Shown: in pieces, positions 1 through 12,899 of the stretch
How the letters are laid out: each line of letters opens with the position of its first letter
Position numbering within the stretch: position 1 is the first letter of the stretch
DNA from: Phoronis australis
Taxonomy: Eukaryota > Animalia > Phoronida
Direction of reading: 5' to 3'
NCBI GenBank assembly: GCA_002633005.1
Contig: NMRA01000095.1
Coordinates: 48,805 to 112,804 of the forward strand
Length of the DNA stretch: 64,000 nt
Position numbers and translations under genes: made by a program
Notes under the pieces: model-generated
Seen by the model: the letters and a program-made list of their open reading frames with translations, nothing else
What the model was told of the DNA's origin: nothing
Database searches by the model: none

Positions 1-3000
1 GCGTCTGACGTCACTGAGGCTGTAACGTGGGTAAAGGCAATAAGATAAATCAAGCTTATTATGTATATAGCTCATTGGGTGAATGCCCCTCGGCTACAGA
101 ACTGTGCTTAATTTGTGTAGTTCGTCTGCGATCTCGGCGCTCAAAAGTTCATAATACAAGTTTACTCCCGTGAGGTATTGAGTATTAGTGGAGCGATGCC
201 CGATTCTCGGCACGGGCCAGGAAAGGGCCTCGACTGCGTAGCCTTGCCTTGGTGCAAGCTGTATAGTAAATATACAGCGGCCGTTGCACCGACGTGCGTA
301 AAAACTGATCAAATAAAATCTGACACAAAATCAGTGTAAACCGTAAATTGTTGACTGGTGTTGAAAAAATTGGCGTTCTGTCGTTCACTTTGCTGCTAAA
401 AATCGGGTGCGCTCTTTAATGTCGGCTTTTGGCGCTGTCACCTGTTGCCTTATTGGCCAGTTTCGTTCCCCGAGTTGTTCTTCCTCCAAGCGATCGAACT
501 GTTCTTCGAAGTTAGTCACAACAAATTACCAGAACTGATTTCATTTCCTTACAAGTTTTTAGTATTTCAATGCCAGGAAACCGAATTTCATAAAAAATTG
601 CTCCTGCGAAGCTGTCATAATTTCTCGACGGATGTCGCAAAATTTTAGGAAATAGCGAGTGTTGAGCGTGCTGTTTTCTTTGTTAAAAAGGCTGAGAATT
701 ACGAAGTAAAATAACGTTTACTAGATTGTTTTTCACTTAAATGGCTCCAGCGGGCAAGGTGAGTGTCGGTTGACACCCAGATATTTGCACGCTCCCCTGT
801 CGGTTTAGAGCTCTACATGTTGATATAAGTTTAGCGACGAGGTGACGAGCAGAGCAACCGGGGCTGTGTGAAATTTCGGAGTCTTACGGAGCTCACACAG
901 TAGTACTGGTACCTAAATGTATTTTGAAGAAAATTTTCATACAGCTAGCTGGGTGGCTAGGCCCTGGAATGAATCAAAGCCACAGGAAAGAAAACCGAAA
1001 AAGGTTGTGAGTATGCACATGTTGATCTGTCGACTGGTCTACGTACTCGCATGGCTAACGACCTACATGTATATATCTTTGTGGTGTACAGCCTCAGTGT
1101 CGTCACGAAAAACAGCGCTTGCAGTGGGGGTTTACGAAACTAATAAATTTTTACTTTTCAAAGTAAAAAAGAAAAATACTGTGCACTAATTAGGAATATG
1201 TGGATGTCAGTAACCAACCTTTATACTTTCAAAATTCATAATAAAATGCTGAAACATGTAGTTCAGGCCTATTTTAAGCTTAACCTTTAATTGAACATTG
1301 TCAATATAGTTCCTCGGAAATGCACCCAGATTATTTTCCAGACCTCTGGGAAAACTTCGAAAATTAATCGAACTGTTTTGCATTCAAACATGATTTTTAT
1401 GCTCTGACTTTTCATAATCAGATTCGTGATTAAAACCTATGTGGTTTTAACGATACTCATAAACCATGGTTTCTTGTTTTGTCTGAGAAAGATATGCTAT
1501 CTGCATATACTGCGAGTATCACAAATAGGACTCGCAGTCGTTGACTGGAGTGAACCGTTACTTTTTGGCTTAAAACGCTGTCAACTACTCAACATAAGTG
1601 ACGTTTTAATCGTTAAAAATGCGTACAAACGTGTGCAACTTAAAACGTCAATTAGCCATGCAAAAAGGAGGTACTGACCAAACGCTATTCTGCAACTCAA
1701 GGCGCGTTGACTAGAATGGGCCAACATTGTCTGCAGTGCATGTACTTCACCAAACTCTTTTCCTATCATTTCTTTGACGATTTCAGAACCAGTCATGCTT
1801 AATCCAAGGACGGTGTTATGAGGAGGGACAAGTGAACCCGGCAAATGACTGCGATATTTGTTCAGTGAAAAACAACAGTGGGGATTGGACAAAGAAACAT
1901 GTAAGTGGAACTACATTAACAGACGTTTCATACTATTGATGGGTGTTAAAATTTGTCACAACACGTCCTGGCGTTATTTAGTAGAGAATTTTTCGAAATG
2001 TTGCCGGGTAATATTGAGGGACCCTTGATAGAAGGGCCCGCGATGACTGCGTTAATCACCCTTTTCTATACTTTGACGCAATAGATTTTTTAATATCAAG
2101 TGTAACTCTGATCATGGGATCATTTAACACTCTTTTAGTGTTTTTGTTGTGAACTTAGCTGTCCTTTCATCGGAAAACAGATTCAGTGCCAGTACTGTTG
2201 CATCTAACTTAATCACCATTTTCTGGTTATCCTGACTTTACCCTGAGGGCGATTTTCACTGCCTGAATCTGTCGTTCAACTTTTTGTGCAATAATTGATA
2301 GCGAACACACATGTGTGTTGATTGCTTACTATTTTCCAAAAACGACATAATTATTCCCTTGGCGCGAGTATTCTCGGACAATCCTAGATTGAAGTTATTG
2401 TTCGGTGTCCACAAAACACAAATCAGGTACTGTAAATCGTGTACATGTAGCTGTGACTGCACACACATACTTCCTGGCCTTCAGTCACTACAGTTAATGC
2501 AGTAAGCCCTGTTTTGCGTTTAAAAACATTCTGAGTAGGTGGCGATCAAGCGGAGAAGGGAAATGCCGACGACGTGGGATCCTTCTTCAGAACGTATTGA
2601 ACAGGTGCCTTCATCATAACTTAGAACATAGAACAATATTTGCTGACATACTATATCTAAGCAAGAATGGGTAATCCTTCATTCTTGACACTCGCAAGTC
2701 AACTCGGATGGATCTTGTAAACCACTGTAAATCGGTGAAACGGAGCCTATATACTCTTTGAGAGCTCGTGCTATGTACATAACATATTATGGAGCCAAGC
2801 CAGGCATACTGAATAATACACATAGAAGGGCAAACAACGGTCTAACACAATAACACATGTGATGTGACACACAGTACAAAGTGCATGTGCACAAAGTTGG
2901 CTGAGAATGATTCGCCCTGCTAACCTGGTTTCCGGAGTGACGCATGCGTGTATAATTAAGGGTCTGGGAAAAATTTTAATTCACTTTAAGATGCATATAC

Positions 3001-3899
3001 CATATCCGGAAAAACACACTTTAACCAAAAATGTAACTGGAAACAGTCGTCTTACACTTAAAAGTTCTTATATGGGATGGTTCCCAATGATGAGATCAAC
3101 TGCTGTTTTTCCAGTTTTTGCGAAAGAACACACCATTTCATGTTAAGTCCCTCTTTATAGGGATTCCAGTAGCGAAATCAGTTGCCAACATTTTCTTGAT
3201 TTTATTGCTATATATCCTTCGTTGAAATCACGATTAAACCTTTTGTTCAAAAGCTTCATACGGGTCTGTTGAAGGATCAGATATCATCTGACAGACAAGC
3301 ATTCAAAGTTGAAGTTCAACTCATAAAACAAGTCCCAGTTAACAATGCTTATACTTAACTAATTTTTGTCGATAACCATATAGACACTGAACCTAGTACT
3401 AGTGCCACTAAGAACGTTTTAGTATTATAAGAAGTGTATATCTAATTATTATAGGAGTGGCGAACACGTGCTTGGAAAGGATAACTTTAAGGTGGTCAAA
3501 CCTGGTGATAGAGCGAGTGTAATTATTTAGTTTCAGAATATAGTCAAGTCACCTTGTCATGAAAAGCATCCCCAGTCATGAAAGATTACGATCAGTGGCC
3601 AAATGTAACGTTTTTTAGCAATTCACATGTCTTGCCATACCAAATAAGGAGACGTGCATTGGCTTGTGGGAGAAAAATAGACGTAATGGCGAGCAAATCC
3701 CTTTTTGAGGGTTGAAACTATAAGAAAATGCTTTGATATCAGCAGAAATTATAAATCTTTGCGGACAAATCCTTAAACTTCCGGTGAACAGATTGAACTC
3801 TGTTTCAGTGACAGAGAATCGCTTTGAATATCGCAATTCTGTCTATTTGTCGCGTTCCAGGCCTCTTTAAAGAACTTAAGGTATGATGATGAGATTGAT

Positions 3900-4153
3900 C
3901 ATTGTCATTCGTTTTCGGTCCTTGTAATTATATTTTTTATTTATTAGTTTTTATTTTGTTTCATCGGTCTATTCATGTTAGTTTCTTGCCCTTTGCCTAT
4001 TATTTAAATTCTCTTTCATTTTGTAATTCTGTTGGTTTGTCTTACCGTCTGTATGTTTTTACTGAGGGTCCCCCTGGAAAGCAGCGTGCAGTGATGGGGC
4101 TACCCACATTGTAAATATTGCATTAATAATAAATAAAATAATAATAAATAATA
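3900..4153 (+). mobile_element. Probable 3' end (UTR plus A/T tail) of a non-LTR retrotransposon
   Basis: T-rich stretch, then GAGGGTCCCCTGGAAAGCAG...GGGCTACCC, ending in an (AAT/AAAT)n tail at about 4124-4153. This layout resembles L2/CR1-group 3' ends. No coding remnant seen. Confidence 0.4.
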
Positions 4154-4389
4154 CGGTAAATAATAAGTTATTTAGTATTACATAAGGGACCCTGATCATG
4201 GCATTCACCGATGCTCTTTTAGTGTTTTTGTTTCGGATTTTATAGATCCAGCCATGTTATGAGGGCCCCTTGGGAAGGCTTTCGGGATCATGTTGGAGTC
4301 AATAGTGTCTCCTTTTTTCAACATTGAGATTACCCCAGAACACAAAGCGTGTGACAAACCTTTCCATAACACGCTAGAAATTGGAATAG

Positions 4390-4765
4390 AAAATAGTCAC
4401 TTCATCAGAGATGATTCAGGTTGGACGCAGACGTTTCGGCCTGGTCCGCCAGGCCTTTTTCGATGAGTGAGGGGAGTTTCACGCATTTCGCTTATTTTAA
4501 TAAAAGTATGTTAGAATACACGGGAGGTATGTGTAGACCTCTGTCCCGATTCAAGATGGGGGCGCTGACTGCTGATCTTTATGGATTCTTTTAACTTGCG
4601 AGCATACCATTTCTGTTCTTTGGCTAACATCTTGGATGATTCAAGGGAGATCGAATGTCCAGTCACCAGTATGTGTTCTTCCACAGCTGTGGGTCTGTCT
4701 AATATCTGGCGTTCGTTGAATCTGGTAAGAAACGGTCTTTTGGTTTCTCCAATGTAGGTTTGGTC
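4390..4765 (-). mobile_element. Penelope-like element 3' fragment (GIY-YIG endonuclease C-terminal part)
   Basis: Minus-strand translation QTYIGETKRPFLTRFNERQILDRPTAVEEHILVTGHSISLESSKMLAKEQKWYARKLKESIKI...(frameshift)NRDRGLHIPPVYSNIL matches the Penelope YIGET-R-EH-GH-KE-NRDxG pattern. A hammerhead-like motif follows. Confidence 0.85.
4425..4468 (-). ncRNA. Minimal type I hammerhead ribozyme-like motif (Penelope-associated, variant core)
   Basis: Minus strand reads ACTCA TCGAAAA A GGCCTGG CGGA CCAGGCC GAAAC GTC TGCGT: perfect 7-bp stem II, GAAA, palindromic minimal stem III, GUC cleavage triplet and a 4/5-bp stem I. Confidence 0.65.
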
Positions 4766-4831
4766 GACTAGATGACTTTTTTATCCAATCATTCCCGTGG
4801 AGTTTATGAACCATCGTGTCTGCCGCATTTC

Positions 4832-5683
4832 GGGGTAGTTCTAAAACCTCTTCGACTCCCACACCCCTCGACCCACTCTACACAAGTAGGTTGGACTCGA
4901 TCTAAATAGAGCAAAGTTAACACTGACTTGCAGGACTAATGGGTTGGGCCGTGAGCTCGGCTGGTTTTTGCCTGATTTTTGCATTTAAGAGAGCCTATTC
5001 GGCAAGTTTGAAAGCCAAAAACAAGAAAAAAGAACAACAAAAAAAAAAAAAAAAAAAAAAAAAACACGCAACCTACCAACGTTACAAATGTAGTTGCCAG
5101 CAGAGCGTATTCGCCTCTTCTGCTCTTCAATAAATGGCACATTCAATATATTGCTGTGGAGAGTGCGATGAACCGACAAAACTGTAACTTCACCGTTAAA
5201 CGCAGTTTGAAAAAAAAATTGTTTACTAAAAAGTATTTCAACGTGCGTCATACGGAGTACATGTATATTGTAAACGAGTATACCACAAAAAGAAAATATA
5301 ACAAAAATTTGAATTTATGTACATTATCGTTGAAACTGTCGCCCAAATTTTAGTAGAACTCGACCATTGGTAGCCGCGGGGAACAATTTCCGTAACATTG
5401 ATAGTGCGCTCACAATGCGCTATTTCACGTTTTCGCGACACTTTCTGTTCTTAATCACCACATCTGATACAGAGCGAACTTGCGTGTAGGTATGCCTTAT
5501 GGGAAAGTCACTCAGAGACGTGCATGTAATAAGATTATGCGATGTATAAAAATAGCAAAAACACATGTATTTCCACATTTCGTGGGTCGAAGGGGTCATG
5601 GGGTTGAGGGGTTATCGGTCGAGGGGATCGTGAGTTGAGGGGTGTCGGGGTCCTGGAGGTAAAAAGGATTTTAGAACAATCCT
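4832..5683. mobile_element. Non-autonomous DNA transposon (MITE) with imperfect TIRs and a target-site duplication
   Basis: Left end GGGGTAGTTCTAAAACC versus reverse complement of the right end AGGATTGTTCTAAAATCC. GCATTTC is directly repeated on both flanks (4825-4831, 5684-5690). Inverted subterminal CCCCTCGACC/GGTCGAGGGG repeats. Confidence 0.75.
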
Positions 5684-5772
5684 GCATTTCTTAAGGATTG
5701 AAGACATTTTTTATGACACTAATAAATGTTATAATCACTGGCCCAGTAGGTCTTTCTTGATTATTTTTCTAG

Positions 5773-5890
5773 GTCGCCTTTTGTTTGATCGATGGACGAT
5801 GCTTCAAGGACGGTGCCCGAAATCCAGTCAATAGTTGCGAGATTTGTTCTTCTCAAACACAGAGCCAGAACTGGACGATTGACAAATTTA
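5773..5890 (+). CDS. Gene A (VWDE-like membrane protein): Cys4-Trp module exon, 118 nt, phase 0-1
   Basis: ttttctag|...|gtaagt. Encodes VAFCLIDGRCFKDGARNPVNSCEICSSQTQSQNWTIDKF. Same length, phase and motif as gene B exon 58910-59027. Confidence 0.88.
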
Positions 5891-6155
5891 GTAAGTTTAA
5901 TTTCTTAAATCTGAACAGGATAACGAAACATTACACATCACATAGCAGTGGTGAAAAAACGTCAACTTCCTGAAACAAATTTTCCAGCAATGCTTGGTTA
6001 CAACGACCTGATTGTGGTGACCCAGCATTAATAGGGAATTTGCTTCAGAAGTAACCTTTCGATTTCAACGAGTTAGTAGTCTTTTTGAAAGCCTCTAATA
6101 AACCTGTGTATTTTTAATAATGAGATTAAGCTAATTTCATGATAATATTTGACAG

Positions 6156-7281
6156 CGTACGGGTGCACATTCATCACTGTCGTGCCTACAACCACAGACT
6201 CCTCGGTTCAAAGTGAAGACCCAAGTACAGAGAATTCTACTCCATCACTAGCAACATCAACAACAACAAAAGAAGCAGCGGAGTTGACAACCTCAACTTC
6301 TACAACAACTAAAGGATTAGTAAGCGTGCTTTCAACTACGCAGCAGAAATTGGTAACCTCCACGGATGAGGAATCTCAATCTAGTAGCAACACTGTAACT
6401 CCTGTTTTTACCACTACTCGCGATGGTATGGCCCAAATTGAAACGACATCTGAAAACCTTCGCACCAGCAGCAATAAAGCGTCTGCAACAAGTATTGCGA
6501 TTGAAGGGGAGACATCCAGTGGTACTCCTACATGGACTGGCGCTATGACCGTTGACAATGGCGCTACTGAAATGGTGACTCCAACAGGTGCCTCCAATAA
6601 GGCGGGCACTGTGGTCACTGACGGTGGTGCCGTCGGCGTGACGACGGCGTTGGGAAGTACAACAGAAACAAACACTAATGTGGTGACTGGCACTGGGACT
6701 ACAGACAATCGTGACGCCAACGTCTTGACGACTTCTGTTGTTGCCGGAGAAAGCACCATTGTGACGGACACTGTGACCGCCAGTGACGGCGTTACTAATA
6801 TGGAGACGACGACTGCCACAGCTGGTGAAACGGATACTTCCTCAGAAAGTAATGGTGGGGATGACCTGGCTGCAACAACTACTGATGGAAGTAAAAGTTT
6901 TACTCCGGCTGGGAATGAAGTTATGACCAGCCGCAATGGCAGTGGTGACATAACCACAACTGCTGCTTTTGCGAGAGAAAATAGTACTTCAGATCTGACC
7001 ACTCAGAATGAAGAAGCATCGTCGACAAGGGCAGACCGCACAACAGGTGGGGATGACACGTGGACTACCAGCAACTTGGAAACAATGGCATCAGGAACAC
7101 CAATAAGCGCCAAATTGGATACGACAACCAAAACGACTACTGGAGCAGCTGGGGGCTCTGCTGGTAAAAATGGGGAGGAATTGTCCCCGAGGAATATTGG
7201 TCTGATATCGGGCGCCTGCGCTCTGTTGGTAGTTATCATTGTGACAGCAGCTGCTTGTGGCGTGGCAAAATCCAAAAAGAG
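6156..7281 (+). CDS. Gene A: Thr/Ser-rich mucin stalk plus transmembrane exon, phase 1-2
   Basis: gacag|...ag|gtaag. Long open Thr-rich frame ending IGLISGACALLVVIIVTAAACGVAKSKKR (TM plus basic stop-transfer residues). Confidence 0.92.
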
Positions 7282-7465
7282 GTAAGATGGGATATGCGAA
7301 TTGTATGATTAGGTATTTTAGGATAAGATCCTGAATTTTAAAGTGCTTTTCTAAAACTGTCCGATATACATTCACATTATTTGTTGGTGAAAGATGTAGC
7401 AATAGATCTTCAGTAACATGCCTCTTCTCTGTACAAATGATCCTAAATGTACGACTTTCTTTCAG

Positions 7466-7619
7466 GGGAATCGTTGTGCCATGCAGCAGCCCTCAGGACT
7501 TCCAAGACGACCCTGTTTTGTCGCAATACCGAGATGCGAGTGCTAAGTCTTACCTGTCATCACCTTATGATAGCAGACCAGTATCCCCCTCCGAACTCTT
7601 CGAGGGTATTGAAGTATGA
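7466..7619 (+). CDS. Gene A: terminal exon, cytoplasmic tail
   Basis: tttctttcag| acceptor is phase-compatible with the previous exon. Encodes (R)GIVVPCSSPQDFQDDPVLSQYRDASAKSYLSSPYDSRPVSPSELFEGIEV-stop. Confidence 0.8.
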
Positions 7620-8761
7620 CGTTCACTTACTGATTACTGATGGCGAATTTTTTGCATTAGTCTTGCTTGCAAATGAGTGTCTAAAATCTACACTTACATT
7701 TAGTTGAGGGTGATATTAAAAGATTTTTGCACTAGTATTACTTGTCTGTATCCAAGAGATTTAAAGTCGGCGAAGATGGAAAGCTTCGATCCCAACTGTC
7801 TGTCTCGAGTGCGTAATAGCTCAGCAGAAAGCTCAATTACTCGGATTACCGAACGCAGTTAAGCAAAATGCTCACTGACTTGTAACCTTCTTTCTCAGTA
7901 ATCATCATAAATCCAGGGCTTAAGACCTCACAGTAGATGAGGTGCGCCAAGTGCATACCCGATGACCTCCAGTAGCCAATGCAATTGTTGCATCTTTGGA
8001 CACCAACAAATTTTCCTCTTTGGCTCATTATAACCGTGTTCTTATGGCGTGATATTGAAAGCCTATTATCCAGGACTAACTCTTAATTTCATTTATCAAA
8101 TGCTCCATGCTTAGGATACTATACAAAAACAAGGGATTTAGCATGGAAAATATTGCATTTTGTTCTACAAAAGTCAATGAAAATATTCTTAAACAGTCAA
8201 CCCTTGACAGACAGAGGTTTGCCTTCGCCGAGAATTTTGTTCGTTTACCCATTGTTGTAGATTGTCATGCATTTGATATTAATGCACAATCAGGTGCCGT
8301 GACATATTGACGTGAATGACTAAAGAGTCCACAATTTTATTCAGTTATTTTAACCAAACACTGAAACCGCTTATCCTCTTGCGTTTCCTATACGGGCTGG
8401 AGAGTAAGACCTGTTACACAACCAACATTTTTCGAAAGATACATGTCCAGTGTAACTGCAATTCCAGCAGTTTTCAAAGTTACCAACTAAAGATATTTAA
8501 TTTTGTCAAACTCATTTTTCCTTCTGAAAACCCGAAGTTCGCGACTCAATGCGCATTGTGACTGGCACTGGAATGTGACTGTATTTATCGTGTATTCGCA
8601 CACAGTGTGTCTTTGTTTACTTTTTGTGTTAAATTGTTTGTAAATGCATATATTACGCGCGTGTTTAATGCAATCTGATTGAACTATGTAACCTTACGTG
8701 TAGTGTTGTTAATTTCGTTATATTTTTGTACAACACATTCTGCGCTTTAACTACAGCTTAA

Positions 8762-8767
8762 AATAAA
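8762..8767 (+). promoter_or_regulatory. Candidate polyadenylation signal of gene A
   Basis: AATAAA about 1.1 kb after the stop codon, followed by a GT/T-rich tract (actgtttttgtttc). Confidence 0.4.
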
Positions 8768-9449
8768 CCTGTATAGAATGTATGTCGTCACTGTTTTTGT
8801 TTCTAATCACGTAGTCTACATAACGTTAATGAGTATATTCACAGCTAGCATTACGAAAGACATTACAATGTCTTTCAACTTGTATTTCTAACGTTAGATG
8901 GCGTGAAAGTCAACAACCCTAGACACAACGGCGAATGTGTGTCTTATTTGAACGCAAAACAGTGCTTGATAGTGAACAAGCATATCAGGTGTAAAAATAT
9001 TAAACAGCAGTTTTACAGTATGGGCTTTTAGCAAAGTTTTGGTAAGTATGGAAAGCAAATTAGTTGGCAATTCCTCTCGACTTTGAGTATTCCAGAAGGA
9101 CCGCCAGCGGAGTTCTCGCTGAAATAAAGACAAAAGATAGATACTTTGCCCATCTCCCTCCACCACTTTTGAGGGACACATAAAGCGACGAATCAAGGGC
9201 CTGTTTCATGCATGTCCCTAAATTTATCTTGTTTAGGTCAGTGCTTTCCCCTTTTGCAACAAATTTTGAATCTTACCTGCGGGGACGAGATATGGACCAT
9301 GTTTTGTACATGGCCCCGACCAGTAGCTCATTTTAACTAAATGGACAATAAGGACTGTATACAGTAATATAATGAACAAATGTATACCAACAGCCCTTTT
9401 TAGTATTCTCAAATAGCACACTCTCAGCCTATGCAAATTTGCTTTTTGT

Positions 9450-11200
9450 TATTTTCAAAGCCTATTGTCTGTTCAATTGACACTTAAGAAAACGACTAGG
9501 TTTGTCACAATTCAATTTTAGATAGTTGTACCTATTACCAAGTGTTACAGATTCAAGGGGGCATTGACAAAACTAAGCATCATTATGGAGTAAAACAACG
9601 CTCTGACACAGATTGCACACGTGCGGATCTAGGATATTGCAGAGGAAGACGTTATTCCAAACCTCATGCCAGCAGTGTTTTCTTTCACAGAGTCACATGT
9701 GGGCATAATGAGGGTGCTTAACTAGATTTCCAAAACTGTATTTATAAGAAATACTCACAGGCATAAGCAAAACACAGGTCCATGTAACAGGTTGCTTCTT
9801 ATAAATCTATTCATTGTAGTGGACACTTTTCACCATCTGCCAGAGGTACACCATGATACTCAGCACCACCCAGTGAGCCGTTATGTGAGACTGAAAAAAC
9901 AAACCAAATTAAATTTGTGTTATAGTTTAAACATGACCTCAACCTGAAAGGGAATGTTGTTTTGTCGTTTTTCTTCAAAAGTTAGTGGCCCATTATTAAT
10001 GAAGTTTAAAACAGTATAATTTTCTGCATTTCACATGCCATATTTTTAGTGGTGCATACATGTAGCAAATCTATTTTATTACGGGCAGTTTTGTTACATA
10101 TTAAACTTGTGTGATTAGTGATGAAAGAAAACAATAAGAGTGATTTGATAACACAAAAGTTATGTAGATTGTAACACAAAGTAAATGGAATGAACGAACT
10201 CTTTCAATTTCCAAAGTTATTAAACGTTAAACAAAAATCATTTTGGGGGTTTATGAAAAACCATGAATTTTGTTTTAGCTGCATTTAAAACCAGTCAATT
10301 TACATTAGTAACCGAGACTGAATTTTATGCAGCTCCCCACAAAACATATGCTCCTCATTAACAGACTACCTGCTATGAATACCATTATAAAAATAGTAGT
10401 ATCATCAGCATAAAGTATGCAGTCAAATAAACTCGTGCACTTCAAAAATCGTTCATATAAATGATGAATGACAAACCCAGTATAGACCCCTGTGGGACAT
10501 CCCGCAGAATTGGAACTGTGTTAGATTTTGTGTTATTAATTTGAACATAATTAGCTCGATTAGAGAGATAGTTTCTTAAGAAACTTAAAAACAAGTGGCT
10601 GCAACCATGATATAGAAGTTTTCCGAGTAAAATAGAATGACTTGAAGAGTCAAAATCTTTGGAAAGATCAATTACATTGTAGAATGACCAGGGGTAATTT
10701 ATTATGTTCCATCCCCTTGACTATTCTATTCATGATTTCAATTAAAGCCAGTTCTGTGGGGTGCCCCCCACGAAAACCATACTGGGCAAAATGTGGCAAG
10801 CCATTAGATTGAAAATAATCATAAAGTTAATTATAAATAAGTTTTTCAAAAATCTTCGAAAAGCAAGGAAGAACAGAGCTTGTAATCATTTAAATCAACG
10901 AGTTCCCTTTTTTAAATACAGGAATAACCTTGGCAATTTTCATGTTGTCTAAAAAAACTTGGCTGGAAATGGACTGGATAAACACAACACACAATGGTTC
11001 AATCAATAGATTATTTATACATTTTATTATTTTCATAGATAGATGATTTTAAGCACACCATAGGCCCTCTGCCATGTTAACTGATGGATTGTGTTCTTGA
11101 CAAAGTGAGTCTGCATAGGCCTAGTCACACACTCAATTTCCAAGAAAAAGTACATAAGGTAAAAGCAAGCACTTTCATTAACCTTCCCTGTCCCTTGCCC
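9450..11200 (-). mobile_element. Decayed L2/CR1-group LINE reverse transcriptase
   Basis: Minus-strand motifs in the correct order with stops and frameshifts: AKVIPVFKKG (~10925), QYGFR (~10775), IDLSKDFD..H.ILL.KL (~10650), VPQGSILG (~10490), ILYADDTTIF (~10405), LNAAKTKFM (~10275). Boundaries approximate. Confidence 0.85.
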
Positions 11201-11584
11201 TTTAGTTACCCAATCGTGATCACACCACCGATAATACAAAGCCAAAACAACCGGTCAACTGAACTATAACCTGCTCAGTCTTTATTAATGGTCCTACTGA
11301 TCTGCCTTTGGCTATGTCTCTTTGCCTTTGAGGGGGTCCCATTCATACTATATTGCCCTCTAATGGTGAGATCCTGGGTCCTGCAATTTGAGAACCAGAT
11401 TTCTCCACTGAAGAACAGGCATCAAATTTGTTGCCTCCCACTCCCACGCATGGTTTTGTATCACTTTTCTCGCAACAAGCTTCGGTCTACCAAAACTTCA
11501 CAACTTTGCTTTCATTCAACATGAGCCTACCATCGCTCATCCAGTAGTTCGTGAACAGGTTAACTAGCTAGCTGACTAGTTAGA

Positions 11585-11725
11585 GAGGGGCCAAGTGGGC
11601 CACGCCCCGGCCTAAAATTCTCCCACATTCCATTTGGCAGTCCGGGGGTGCAAAAATTTGACTTAAAATATCCTGGCTAATACTTTGCCCTGCCCCACAA
11701 ACTCAGAATACTGGATCTGCCCCTG
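11585..11725. mobile_element. Short MITE-like dispersed repeat (copy 1)
   Basis: Ends CTGGATCTGCCCCTG and is collinear with 21456-21593 (CCTAAAATT...GGCAGT...TGGCTAAT...AACTCA.AATACTGG...CCCCTG). Confidence 0.6.
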
Positions 11726-12899
11726 TTAGTAGAATATACTAGTAGTCAGACTAGAGTATGGAGTCCCTGGTCTCGCGATAGACAATGCTTTTCTTATGGC
11801 AACGAAAACCAACGGATATTTTTGCAATTCAAGTCCAAAGTCTGACAATTACCTGCAGGTAGAAATTCAACGCGACCATCGAGCGACAAACAGGGTCTAT
11901 CCTACACAATAACATTACACTCAGTTTCAGTCACAACATTCATAGACCGGCAGACTCGACTCGATCACAACGACTTTAGGACCTCCGACGGGAGTATCGA
12001 AATCAGTACGTAATTTTCAGACAGGTAATGGTTTCATCTAATTCTAAGCGTAATAATTACGGTGTAGACTGTTCAGCACATACAGGGAGCAATATCGTCA
12101 TCGAAATGTCTAAAAAACGAATAAGATACCTAGCTAAGACGAACTTCTCTTCTTCCAAGCAGTACCAAAAACAGCTGAGTATGTATCTCGAGTTGCAAAA
12201 GAGGTCCAAAAGCACATCATCATGGGTAACATTTGCTTGTTTTCATCACGTAGATTTTAAGAAAATAAAAAATAAAACAAAAAATATCTACAGGCACTAG
12301 ATCGACACAATACTTACGAAAAGTTCTGATTAAGTATCAGAAAGTGTGTTTTAATGTTTTCATTCAGAACCACGACGTTTTTTACAACGTTTTAAAACGG
12401 ATCATATGACTTAAACGCCTTCTTTCTCGGATTGTTTGAATATAATTCCATCAAATGCGCCATTCCGAATTGATAGATATGTCACTACATGTATGGGCTT
12501 TCCATTGCATTTTTAACATGAGTAGTTTCTTGGCATAGTAAAAAAACGTACCCCGCACAGTTTCAAATCGAGACAAAGGAGTTTCCAGGATCAGGTAACA
12601 AGTTATTATTGTTAAAGCGTTCCTGCAAACTCGTTGGCGCTCACAGTTCATAAACCAACTATGCAGTAAACACATTTCTCTTGTTAAGGATAACAAAAAC
12701 AATGACACCGTATTCTGGCAAATAACAACAAGCATGTCTCATATTTTCAGGAGAAAGCGGTTTAATCTGAAACAAAAATAGTCTTGCTATCCACCACCGA
12801 AATCGCTGATCAAAACTTTAATTGTGAAATACTAGCATGTCACAGCCAATAATACAGACTTTTTGTGAATTTTTTCAGAAATACATTGCAGTTGTAAGG

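Noticed and set aside
1-3900. Further upstream exons of gene A
   Set aside because: No Cys4-Trp or other VWDE-like exon with splice sites found; treated as intron.
4936-5142. Poly-Lys and poly-Phe ORFs
   Set aside because: They are products of an A-run inside a MITE.
6376-7275. Long minus-strand Val-rich ORFs here, and the similar antisense or alternate-frame ORFs at 59982-62612
   Set aside because: They are shadows of the Thr-rich (ACN) mucin exons, with no independent splice or domain evidence.
7282-7285. In-frame TAA right after the TM exon in all three copies, suggesting a tail-less isoform
   Set aside because: Any phase-2 intron starting GTAA gives this automatically, so it is not evidence of selection.
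12451-12735. FETVRGTFFYY resembling the Helitron Rep RGS..YW motif
   Set aside because: A single weak motif with no other Rep or helicase motifs recognisable; it needs an HMM search.
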